Source: an uncultured bacterium (GTDB lineage Bacteria > JAGOEH01). Taken from it: a stretch of DNA of 64,000 bases. A program made the position numbers and the translations under genes. Below are positions 50,724 through 59,886 of this stretch, piece after piece. A model generated the notes under the pieces. The model did no database searches, was not told where the DNA came from, and saw only the letters and a program-made list of their open reading frames with translations. How positions within the stretch are numbered: the stretch's first letter is position 1; the number at the start of each line of letters is the position of its first letter. The stretch is from positions 20,249 through 84,248 of the forward strand of contig CAZWDO010000005.1 in assembly GCA_964632485.1 (NCBI GenBank), read 5' to 3'.

Positions 50724-51044
50724 ACCCCTCTTCAGAGAAGGGAATGCTATATCTGAATATTCTCGTTTATTATCTTGTCTATCGGTGGCATTTTGAGGAA
50801 ACTAAACGAACGATAAATCTCTATTCGTGTGAACCCGGATTGCTTAAATCTGTTCTGAATGACATCATATTTGTAACCATTATTAATAGGATTCCCGAAT
50901 ATGTCGTTATTGGTTTATAAAAATAAAAAAATTAATCTAAAATTTACATAATTTTTATTGACATTTAATTTTTTTAAATTAAATTTAGAGAAAGAAAGGA
51001 ATGAATAGTTAAGCCCTATGAATTCCTTATAACAATTAAGGAAA

Positions 51045-51077
51045 AATCCCGGAACCATTCAATCGTTCTCCGGGATT
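51045..51077 (+). promoter_or_regulatory. perfect 9-bp-stem hairpin (AATCCCGGA-N15-TCCGGGATT) in the leader of the TonB-dependent receptor gene
   Basis: Read directly from sequence. Lies about 40 nt upstream of the ATG at 51114. Confidence 0.3.
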
Positions 51078-51113
51078 AACGTTGTAAAGAAAAATGAAAA
51101 AAAGGAAGGAAAA

Positions 51114-54100
51114 ATGAGAAATCTAATTTTGGGATTATTTTTTCTAATGGTTTTGCCGGTGCTGGTTATTGGACAGGGATTGACGAACTCTTCGATAAGC
51201 GGGACCGTAATGGACAGCAAAGGCGAGGGCTTACCCGGCGCCAATATTGTTGCCCTGCATGTGCCAAGCGGAACAGTTTACGGGGCTGCAACCAGTACGG
51301 ATGGTAAATTTAACATTTTCGGCTTGCGTGTTGGTGGTCCCTATTCCATTACAGTATCGTTCATTGGATACAAAACTCAGAAAGAACAAAATGTTTTTCT
51401 GACACTGGGGCAGACATTTCAACTACAATTCAGACTTGCCGAGGAAGCTTTTGAAGGTAAAGAGATTGAGATTATTGCTGAACGCGATCCGATCATGAGC
51501 GCCTCGCGAACGGGTGCGGCTGTTTCCATCGACCAGAATGTTATTACAAAATTACCCAGTATTTCCGGCAGGATCGAAGACTATCTGCGATTGACTCCGC
51601 AATACAATCCAGCCGGATTCGGGTTCTCCTTCGCTGGACAGGATAACCGCATGAATAACGTGACAGTAGATGGTTCATATTTTAACAATTCGTTTGGTTT
51701 GGCCGGGCAGCCTGGTGACCGCACGGGCGTTGCGCCCATCTCTTTGGAAGCGATTGAACAGCTTCAGGTCAACGTTTCACCTTACGATGTGCGACAAGGC
51801 AATTTTGTCGGCGCTAATGTCAACACGGTTACTAAAAGCGGTACCAATGAATTCTCCGGGGCGCTTTACGGCCAAATTCGTAATCAGGACTGGGTTGGAA
51901 CGGATGCCAAGGACCTCACTTATGATCCGGGCACCTTCAAATACAACCGTATCGGATTCCGTTTGGGCGGTCCGATCATTCAAAACAAATTATTTTTCTT
52001 CATTAATTATGAAGGAGATGAACTCACCCAACCCGGCACAACCTTCAAAGCCAATACCGGCGGTCAGACGGTGGAAGGCAATACCACTCGCGTTTTATCT
52101 TCAGATCTAAGCGCATTAAGCAATTACCTCTCCACCAATTTTGGCTATGCTACAGGCGGTTATCAAGACTACGATTTTAATACTCCCGCAACCCGCATTA
52201 TTGCCAAATTGGATTATAACATCAATGACAGAAATAAAATAAGCGTACGCTACAATCATTTGAATTCGGAAACGGACGTTTTGTGTTCCAATTCTTCATC
52301 ACTTGGTTCGGGAACTCGAAGAACTAACACAACGGGTCTGAATTTCGAGAATTCTAATTACATCATCCTGGAAAATATACGTTCAATCGTGGGCGAATGG
52401 AACTCGATGATCGGTAAAAATATGGCAAATAATCTCATTATCGGTTATACCTACAATGATGAAAGCCGGAAATCCAGGGGTTCATTTTTTCCATTTGTTG
52501 ATATCAAAGAGGCCGGATCCGTCTATACGTCATTCGGTTTCGAACCCTTTACTCCCAATAATGAACTCCGTTACAGCAGTTATCAGTTGCAGAACAACTT
52601 TATGATTTACTTACCCGGACACAATTTGACGTTCGGCTTAAGCCTTGAACGCTATAAATCTGAAAATGTGTTTTTCCCGGGTTCGCAAAGTGTCTATGTC
52701 TATAATTCGCTTGAGGACTTTTATACTGATGCCAATGATTATCTGGCAAATCCCAATCGAACGACTTCCCCTATAACACTCTCGCGCTTCCAGGTTCGCT
52801 GGTCTAACATTCCCGGGCAAACCAAACCGCTTCAACCATTAAAGGTCATTTATTCCGGAATTTATGCCCAGGATGAATGGCAGGTAACCAAATCCATGCG
52901 GCTAACGGCTGGCCTGAGATTAGATGTTCCCTATTTTGGCGATACCGGATACGAGAATTACAAAGCGGATTCTCTTTTCTTCATGGATGAAGATGGAAAC
53001 CAGGTCCAGTACAAAACTAAAAAACTCCCGGACCCCAATATTCTGTTTTCTCCCAGAGTGGGTTTTAACTGGGATGTTACCGGAAACCGAAGCACACAAG
53101 TTCGCGGTGGTACCGGCATATTTACCGGACGCCCGGCCTATGTATGGATTTCCAATCAAATTGGCAATACCGGGGTGCTGACCGGTTATGAGCAAAAAGA
53201 TAATACACAGGACCGACCTTTTAATCCCGATCCTGATCATTATAAACCCACCGATGTAACCGGCGAACCGGCATCCAGTTATGAACTGGCGTTGACAGAT
53301 CCTGATTTTAAGTTTCCTCAGTTATGGAGAACCAATCTGGGCGTCGATCAAAAACTGCCGTTCGGATTGTTTGGTACTGCTGAGGTGATCTATAGCCAGG
53401 ATATTAACGGTATTTATTATATCAATGCCAATCTGCCCGCGGCGAATACATCATTTACTGGCGCGGACAATCGCCCACGATGGACGTCCGGGAATAAAAT
53501 CAATTCCAATGTATCCAATGCCGTGGTTTTGAAAAATCAGAACGTGGGAACTTTCTGGAATACGACCGTCTCGCTTGAAAGACCCTTCAGCAATGGTTTA
53601 TTCACTAAGGTAGCCTATTCGTATGGCGTTTCCAAAAACACGGTGGACCCCGGTTCAATTGCCTTCGGATCATGGAACGGCAATCCCCATTCAGGTAATC
53701 CCAATGACCCTGGTTTGGCATTTGCTTCTACATCGCCCGGTTCACGCTTCATCGCATCGATTTCCTACAACCGGGAATACTTCAATTTTGGCGGCACCTC
53801 TATTTCGTTGTTCTTTGACTGGTATTCATTAGGGAATGCCAGCTATATCTTCAGCGGCGATTTAAACGGCGACGGTGGCACAAGTAATGATTTGATCTAT
53901 ATCCACAAGGATAAATCCGAAATGAATTTCCAGCAATACGTTGTATCGGGCGATACCTTGACTGCCGATGAGCAGGCTGATGCCTGGGATGCGTATATTG
54001 AACAGGATGATTATTTAAGCCAACACCGGGGAGAATATGCGAAACGCAATGGTGTGAATCTTCCGATGGTTTTTCGGACAGATTTAAGTATCAGCCAGGA

Positions 54101-54389
54101 AATATTCGGCAAATTCTTTGAAAAACGGAATACACTGCAATTACGAATCGATTTTCTGAATATCGGAAATATGCTGAATAAAGACTGGGGTGTTGGACAG
54201 CGAATGGTCAGCAACTCACCGTTAGTCGTTCCCTCATCCAGCCAGGGAGGCCCCGCGGATGCTAATGGGAATGCGCAATATCGATTACGAAATATCAGCG
54301 GCAAATTGATCTCATCTACCTTTCAGCAAACCAATGGGTTATCGGATGTTTACCGCATCATGGTTACTCTGCGTTATAACTTCAACTAA
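51114..54389 (+). CDS. Oar-like TonB-dependent outer-membrane receptor with N-terminal carboxypeptidase-regulatory-like domain
   Basis: GGAAGG RBS. Signal peptide. 'SGTVMDSKGEGLPGANIVA...TDGKFNIFGLRVGGPYSITVSFIGY' CarbopepD_reg domain, then plug/barrel. C-terminal aromatic terminus '...RYNFN'. Confidence 0.75.
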   Translation: MRNLILGLFFLMVLPVLVIGQGLTNSSISGTVMDSKGEGLPGANIVALHVPSGTVYGAATSTDGKFNIFGLRVGGPYSITVSFIGYKTQKEQNVFLTLGQTFQLQFRLAEEAFEGKEIEIIAERDPIMSASRTGAAVSIDQNVITKLPSISGRIEDYLRLTPQYNPAGFGFSFAGQDNRMNNVTVDGSYFNNSFGLAGQPGDRTGVAPISLEAIEQLQVNVSPYDVRQGNFVGANVNTVTKSGTNEFSGALYGQIRNQDWVGTDAKDLTYDPGTFKYNRIGFRLGGPIIQNKLFFFINYEGDELTQPGTTFKANTGGQTVEGNTTRVLSSDLSALSNYLSTNFGYATGGYQDYDFNTPATRIIAKLDYNINDRNKISVRYNHLNSETDVLCSNSSSLGSGTRRTNTTGLNFENSNYIILENIRSIVGEWNSMIGKNMANNLIIGYTYNDESRKSRGSFFPFVDIKEAGSVYTSFGFEPFTPNNELRYSSYQLQNNFMIYLPGHNLTFGLSLERYKSENVFFPGSQSVYVYNSLEDFYTDANDYLANPNRTTSPITLSRFQVRWSNIPGQTKPLQPLKVIYSGIYAQDEWQVTKSMRLTAGLRLDVPYFGDTGYENYKADSLFFMDEDGNQVQYKTKKLPDPNILFSPRVGFNWDVTGNRSTQVRGGTGIFTGRPAYVWISNQIGNTGVLTGYEQKDNTQDRPFNPDPDHYKPTDVTGEPASSYELALTDPDFKFPQLWRTNLGVDQKLPFGLFGTAEVIYSQDINGIYYINANLPAANTSFTGADNRPRWTSGNKINSNVSNAVVLKNQNVGTFWNTTVSLERPFSNGLFTKVAYSYGVSKNTVDPGSIAFGSWNGNPHSGNPNDPGLAFASTSPGSRFIASISYNREYFNFGGTSISLFFDWYSLGNASYIFSGDLNGDGGTSNDLIYIHKDKSEMNFQQYVVSGDTLTADEQADAWDAYIEQDDYLSQHRGEYAKRNGVNLPMVFRTDLSISQEIFGKFFEKRNTLQLRIDFLNIGNMLNKDWGVGQRMVSNSPLVVPSSSQGGPADANGNAQYRLRNISGKLISSTFQQTNGLSDVYRIMVTLRYNFN

Positions 54390-54410
54390 CTTTTTTTAGA
54401 TTGCCAAATC

Positions 54411-54442
54411 AAAAAGCCGCCTCGGTATCGGGGCGGCTTTTT
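54411..54442. terminator. bidirectional rho-independent terminator between convergent genes
   Basis: AAAAA-GCCGCC-tcggtatcgg-GGCGGC-TTTTT. GC-rich stem flanked by an A-run and a T-run. Confidence 0.6.
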
Positions 54443-54469
54443 ATTTTCTTTACTTACTCAATTCTAAAA

Positions 54470-56368
54470 TCATCGTATCAGTAACATTTTATTTGTCAAT
54501 CGGGTGTCTTCAGTTTCAATCACACTGAAATAAACCCCGGAAGAAAATTTATCTGCTTGCCAGACAAATTGATAGAATCCCGGCGCTTGATAGCGTGGCT
54601 CACTTGAAAATACCTGTTGACCTGCAATATTGAAAATTTTCAAACTCACCCGGGCTGCTTGACGCACTTCATATTGAATTGTGGTACTTGGATTAAAGGG
54701 ATTGGGGTAATTTTCCAGCTCACCAATGATCGGTGTTCCGGCATTGGGTTTGTAGCCGGCCATTTCCGGAACAGCAACGGGCACGACGGCATCCGGCGAT
54801 AACCGTCGGTCAATCATAATCATCACGGCATCCGCCATCACCAGTTTATTGGCTTCCACCCCCTGGTTATCAATTTTAACCACTCTCTGGCGACCCTGTT
54901 TTAAATAAACCGTTCCGATCTGGTTCCACCGGCTGACCTTGGTTTGATCCAGCGTTGTCTCACTCGAATCGGTCTCGCTGTAAACTACATAGCGCGCCTG
55001 ACGGGAATAGTTTGGACTGGCCGTAGTAAAGGCATAAACGCCGAACCAGGCATCAAAAGGCACATCCATAGTATAAGACATGGAACTATACGCCCCGGAA
55101 ACCGTGGCCATGGTTTTTCCCTGAAATCCTGCTGACGTTTTTTCCTGCCAATCGCCCTCAGGGATGACTGACTGACTGTCAGTTTCATTGACGACCAACG
55201 CCTTGGGACGCCACAAACTGCCGTTGCGGCCCGGGACAATCGCCGGTTCAGCATACCAGCTTTTGCGCAGCGTATCAGCCAGTAACTGATTATTAAGGGG
55301 AAAGGCTTCATAATAAAAATAGGCCTCTCCCATCAAACCGCGACTACGATGAAACGCAATCTGATCGATCATGTCCTTGGCGCTGATCAGGTACTCGCTA
55401 CCGTGATAACCGCTGAGCAGATACATTCCCGAAATAAAAAGCGGTTTATATACCGGTGAGAAATAACCCAGGAACTTATCAACTTCAAATGAATAATCGG
55501 CGAGTGTTGTACGGTAAAACTGCGGTACGCAGTTGTCCACTGTTCCCGATTCCACCCAGGTCTTGACATCCTGTAAGTACTCTTCATAGGACCAGGGATA
55601 GAGACTGGGACTGGAGCAGACATGGCAGTTGGGGTTGACAGACTTGACCGTGTCGCGGACACGCATGAACCAGTCGCTCATCTTGTTGGCGCGCCATTTT
55701 TTCCAATTTGTGTCCTTCGAATTAGTGGGCGGCGCCGCTCCGTTATGCTCCTGCTTGTACAATGCGACCGTTACCGAATCGTAACCGCCTTCCACCGGCA
55801 TGGCTGGGATACGGTCTGAATACTCAATACCGTCCAAATCATAATTTCGCACAGCTTCCAGTGTGATAGCCTGGATGAAATCCTGGACTTCCGGATTGGT
55901 GGCCGCCATCCAGTAAAATCCGTTTTTTTCGCAATATGCCCCGGTGTTATCTTTTAAGGCCCACTCGGGATATTGATCCAGAATTTCCCCGGGACTGCCG
56001 TAATAGGACGCGAAACCATATTCGTACCAGGGGAGGACTTCGATGCCGTTACGGTGGGCTTCAGTCACGATTGTGCGGAACGGGTCGCGGCCCTGGCGGG
56101 AAGGGTCCATGTCGGGATCAATCGAGTACCCGAACAGACTGTCCGTTACCGCGCTGGGAAAGAGTGTGTAACCACCGTTCCAGACAACCACCAGCACTGC
56201 GTTGATGTTGAAAGACGCCAGAAAATCCATGGCATCGGCAATTCCTTTATCCGAATTGAGCACATGACTATCGACATTGGTAATCTTGACCGCGCGCAGT
56301 TCCTCATTAGCTGAGATACTGACAACAACACTGAGAAAAAACAGCGAAACTAAGAAAAAGAATCGCAA
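54470..56368 (-). CDS. secreted GHL10 (YngK-like glycoside-hydrolase-like family 10) protein with T9SS type A C-terminal domain
   Basis: TTG start with AAGGAGG RBS. Signal peptide present. GHL10-like TIM-barrel region. C-terminus 'LENYPNPFNPSTTIQYEV...SGVYFSVIE...KMLLIR'. Confidence 0.65.
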   Translation of the reverse strand: MRFFFLVSLFFLSVVVSISANEELRAVKITNVDSHVLNSDKGIADAMDFLASFNINAVLVVVWNGGYTLFPSAVTDSLFGYSIDPDMDPSRQGRDPFRTIVTEAHRNGIEVLPWYEYGFASYYGSPGEILDQYPEWALKDNTGAYCEKNGFYWMAATNPEVQDFIQAITLEAVRNYDLDGIEYSDRIPAMPVEGGYDSVTVALYKQEHNGAAPPTNSKDTNWKKWRANKMSDWFMRVRDTVKSVNPNCHVCSSPSLYPWSYEEYLQDVKTWVESGTVDNCVPQFYRTTLADYSFEVDKFLGYFSPVYKPLFISGMYLLSGYHGSEYLISAKDMIDQIAFHRSRGLMGEAYFYYEAFPLNNQLLADTLRKSWYAEPAIVPGRNGSLWRPKALVVNETDSQSVIPEGDWQEKTSAGFQGKTMATVSGAYSSMSYTMDVPFDAWFGVYAFTTASPNYSRQARYVVYSETDSSETTLDQTKVSRWNQIGTVYLKQGRQRVVKIDNQGVEANKLVMADAVMIMIDRRLSPDAVVPVAVPEMAGYKPNAGTPIIGELENYPNPFNPSTTIQYEVRQAARVSLKIFNIAGQQVFSSEPRYQAPGFYQFVWQADKFSSGVYFSVIETEDTRLTNKMLLIR

Positions 56369-56510
56369 ACGAGCCTCCTTGGAATCAAAGGTTTTATGTT
56401 AATAACCAGACAACATCCAATGTAAATATCTCTCACCCTCACCCTGCGCTCTCCCCCTGAAAGGGGCGAGGGTTAGCGCAGCGAAAGATATGACATTTCG
56501 CATTTTTTTT

Positions 56511-56568
56511 AAAATTTCCTTGCTTTTGCAAGAATAATAAACTATAATGATAAAAGCAAGGAAATTTT
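56511..56568 (+). promoter_or_regulatory. nadD control region: 17-bp inverted repeat (AAAATTTCCTTGCTTTT / AAAAGCAAGGAAATTTT) enclosing promoter TTGCTT-17-TATAAT; right arm contains the RBS
   Basis: Left arm 56511-56527, right arm 56552-56568 (ends at the ATG). -35 TTGCTT 56520-56525, -10 TATAAT 56543-56548. Inner palindrome CTTGC-TTTT-GCAAG overlaps the -35. Confidence 0.45.
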
Positions 56569-57162
56569 ATGCGAATCGGAATTTTTGGCGGGAGCTTCGA
56601 TCCTGTCCATTTAGGACATCTCATACCACTTTGGTTCAGCCAGGATTATCTTTCTTTAAATCGACTCATCCTGGTTCCCGGTTTTCAAACGCCATTCAAG
56701 CGCCATTATCAGCCAATGACCACCGCAGAACAGCGTTTAGCCATGCTGAGTCTGGCTACTCAGCATTTCCACACTATGGAGATCTGCCACTGGGAACTCC
56801 AGCGGAAAGAACCGGTATATACCATTGAAACCGTGGAATATTTACAAGCAAAGTACACTGCTCAAGAGTGGTTTTTACTAATTGGGCAGGATAACTGGGC
56901 GCACTTTCTAAATTGGCGCGATCATGAACGGCTGGCGCATAAATGCCAATTGGCCGTCATGCAGCGTCCAGGCGCTCCTTCTCCAGCAGTATCACCCTAT
57001 CCGTACATTGCAATACCATCCCCGCTAATTGAAATCTCCGGCACTCAGGTACGCGAATGGCGCCAAAAAGGAAAACCCTGGGAATTATTGGTTCCGCCGG
57101 CTGTCGCGCAATATATCCACTACCATCACATCTACCAGGAAGAAGATACATGTCCCGCTTGA
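56569..57162 (+). CDS. nadD: nicotinate-nucleotide adenylyltransferase
   Basis: 'MRIGIFGGSFDPVHLGHL' (H/T-x-G-H nucleotidyltransferase motif). Appropriate size. Confidence 0.8.
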   Translation: MRIGIFGGSFDPVHLGHLIPLWFSQDYLSLNRLILVPGFQTPFKRHYQPMTTAEQRLAMLSLATQHFHTMEICHWELQRKEPVYTIETVEYLQAKYTAQEWFLLIGQDNWAHFLNWRDHERLAHKCQLAVMQRPGAPSPAVSPYPYIAIPSPLIEISGTQVREWRQKGKPWELLVPPAVAQYIHYHHIYQEEDTCPA

Positions 57163-59810
57163 TCATCATTGACGGTTCCGCTTTGGCCTATCGGTCCTAT
57201 TACGCCTTTAAACAACCACTCACCAATGCCCGGGGAGAATCCACAACAGTGGCTTTTGTTTTTCTTTCCGTACTGCATAACCTGATTGATAACTACCATC
57301 CCGATTATCTGACAATTACCTTTGATAAAGGCAAACCCCGCAATCGTATAGCGCTTTATCCCGAATACAAATCCACCCGGGAACGAATGCCGGATGAAAT
57401 GGCCCGTCAATTACCGGGATTGAAGGAATTGCTCAATGCTCTTCGGATTCCGGTTCTGCAGCAGGAAGGCGTAGAAGCCGATGATTTGATTGCAACGATC
57501 GCCATGGCCGCCGCTGAAAAAAAAATTGAAACCCTCATCGTTACTCACGATAAGGACCTGATGCAACTGGTCGATGGCCCGATCGCCATTATCCGTCCGG
57601 GGAAGGGCGCTGAACTGGAAAAAATCTATTATCGCAAGGATGTTTATCAAAAATTTGGAGTCTGGCCCGAACAAATACGGGATTACCTGTCGCTGACCGG
57701 CGACCAATCCGACAATATTCCGGGAGTGGCCGGGATTGGAGAAAAAACGGCTTTAAAGCTGTTCGCCCAATTCCAAAGCCTGGCGGACATCTATGAACAT
57801 TTAGAACAGATCACCCCGGATTCACTCAAACAGAAACTGATCAGGGGACGGGACAGCGCCATGCTGGCGCAACAATTGGTTCAACTCGACTCGCAAATCC
57901 CAATGGACCTCTCCTGGGAGCTGATGAAGTTGAGTGATCCCGATTTTGATACGTTTATCCCCATGATACAGGAATACGGATTTACCAAGTTTTTAAACCG
58001 CTATCAAAAAAAAACAAGAAATTTCCATTTTACTCATACGATCATCAATTCAGAAGAAGCGTTCAACAGCCTGATTGGGTTACTGCAATCGGCGCCCTGG
58101 CTGGCGCTTGACACCGAAACTACGGCGTTGGATCCGCAGCGCGCTGACCTGGTCGGCATATCGGTGGCATACCAGGCTCATGAAGGATTTTACCTGCCAT
58201 TCGTGCATAACCAGGGCAAAAACCTGCCCGCAAATTGTCTGGTCGCTCTGGCGCAGGTATTGCGCGACAAACCGATTGTGGGACAAAATATTAAATTTGA
58301 TCTAGCCATATTGGCGCGCCACGGGATTGAATTGAACCGCATCGCAGGCGATACGATGATCGCCGCTTATCTACTTAATCCGGACCATACCCATTACAAC
58401 CTGGACCATCTGGCGCAATACTATTTAAATTATCAAATGCTGAGCTATAACGATCTTATTAAAGAAACCAATGCCCGCAACTTTTCCGAAGTGCCGCCGG
58501 AACGCGCCGCTTTTTATTCTTCCGAAGATGTCGTGGTTACCTGGCATATCTGGCAAAAACAGGAACCGCTCTTAAAAGAAAAAAAATTAATGCGCTTATT
58601 CACGGAAATTGAGCTTCCTTTAATCAATGTCCTGGCTTCCATGGAACGCGCGGGCGTTTATATCGACCGCGCGCTGATGCAACATTTCTCTCATGATTTG
58701 CAGAACGAGTTGGCGGCCCTCGAATTAAAAATACACGCTTCCGCAGGCTGTCAATTCAATATCAACAGCCCTAAACAATTATCTGAAATTTTATTCCAAC
58801 GCCTCAAACTGCCGACAATCCGCAAAACCAAGACCGGATTATCCACCGACGTGGGAGTATTGGAAGCGCTGTCATCAAAACATGAATTACCAGCGATGCT
58901 CTTGGAATACAGACAGATCGCCAAATTAAAATCTACCTATACCGACCCCTTGATCGAGATTGTCGATCCGGAAACCGGACTGGTGCACCCCTCTTTCAAC
59001 CAAACAGTCGCCGCCACCGGACGGTTAAGCTGTTCCAATCCGAATTTACAGAACGTTCCAATCCGCTCGGAAAAAGGAAGAGTGATCCGGCAGGCTTTTC
59101 AAGCCCGAAACCCCGACACCCTTTTAATCAGCGCAGATTATAGCCAGATTGAATTACGCATATTGGCGCATCTGGCCGATGATGCCGTATTGATTGAAGC
59201 CTTCGCCAAAGGACTCGATATCCATACACAAACCGCCGCATTAATTTACAATCTCGAGGAGGAAGCGGTCACCAAAGAGATGCGCCGCCAGGCGAAAACT
59301 ATCAATTTCGGCGTTATCTATGGTATGAGCGGATTTTCATTAGCCCAATCATTGGGTATCTCCCGCAAAGAAGCCGATTTTTTTATCGAAACATACTTCA
59401 ACCGGTTTCCCGGAGTTAAACAATTTATTGATCAGACCATTGCCTTTGCCGAAACGCATGGATATGTAACCACCCTTTTCAATCGAATCCGCTATGTCAC
59501 CGAAATTGACAGTAAGAATTTCAACCGCCGTGAAATGGCCAAACGGATCGCCGTCAACACCCCAGTGCAGGGTTCAGCCGCTGATATTATCAAAAGAGCT
59601 ATGATCGATCTGCTCAAATGGCGCGATCGGGAAGAGCCGGGCTTGCTGATGGTGCTGCAAATTCATGATGAATTGCTGTTTGAATGCCCCAGGAATGAAC
59701 TGGAACGGTTACTGCCCCGTATTAAAGCGACTATGGAAAATACCGTTCGGCTAAAAGTGCCGCTGGTTGTCGATATCGGGACTGGCAGAAACTGGCTGGA
59801 AGCGCACTAA
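57150..59810 (+). CDS. polA: DNA polymerase I
   Basis: ATG 57150 overlapping the nadD end by 13 nt. The track start at 57057 lies inside nadD. 5'-3' exonuclease N-terminus 'LIIIDGSALAYRSYYAF', 3'-5' exonuclease and polymerase motifs ('RRQAKTINFGVIYG', 'LQIHDELLFE'). Confidence 0.9.
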   Translation: MSRLIIIDGSALAYRSYYAFKQPLTNARGESTTVAFVFLSVLHNLIDNYHPDYLTITFDKGKPRNRIALYPEYKSTRERMPDEMARQLPGLKELLNALRIPVLQQEGVEADDLIATIAMAAAEKKIETLIVTHDKDLMQLVDGPIAIIRPGKGAELEKIYYRKDVYQKFGVWPEQIRDYLSLTGDQSDNIPGVAGIGEKTALKLFAQFQSLADIYEHLEQITPDSLKQKLIRGRDSAMLAQQLVQLDSQIPMDLSWELMKLSDPDFDTFIPMIQEYGFTKFLNRYQKKTRNFHFTHTIINSEEAFNSLIGLLQSAPWLALDTETTALDPQRADLVGISVAYQAHEGFYLPFVHNQGKNLPANCLVALAQVLRDKPIVGQNIKFDLAILARHGIELNRIAGDTMIAAYLLNPDHTHYNLDHLAQYYLNYQMLSYNDLIKETNARNFSEVPPERAAFYSSEDVVVTWHIWQKQEPLLKEKKLMRLFTEIELPLINVLASMERAGVYIDRALMQHFSHDLQNELAALELKIHASAGCQFNINSPKQLSEILFQRLKLPTIRKTKTGLSTDVGVLEALSSKHELPAMLLEYRQIAKLKSTYTDPLIEIVDPETGLVHPSFNQTVAATGRLSCSNPNLQNVPIRSEKGRVIRQAFQARNPDTLLISADYSQIELRILAHLADDAVLIEAFAKGLDIHTQTAALIYNLEEEAVTKEMRRQAKTINFGVIYGMSGFSLAQSLGISRKEADFFIETYFNRFPGVKQFIDQTIAFAETHGYVTTLFNRIRYVTEIDSKNFNRREMAKRIAVNTPVQGSAADIIKRAMIDLLKWRDREEPGLLMVLQIHDELLFECPRNELERLLPRIKATMENTVRLKVPLVVDIGTGRNWLEAH

Positions 59811-59886
59811 TGCAACTCCTCACGTTCTTACAAAATAGTGGGCGATGAATCACATTGAAAATAAATATTAATGAAAACAATTAAAA

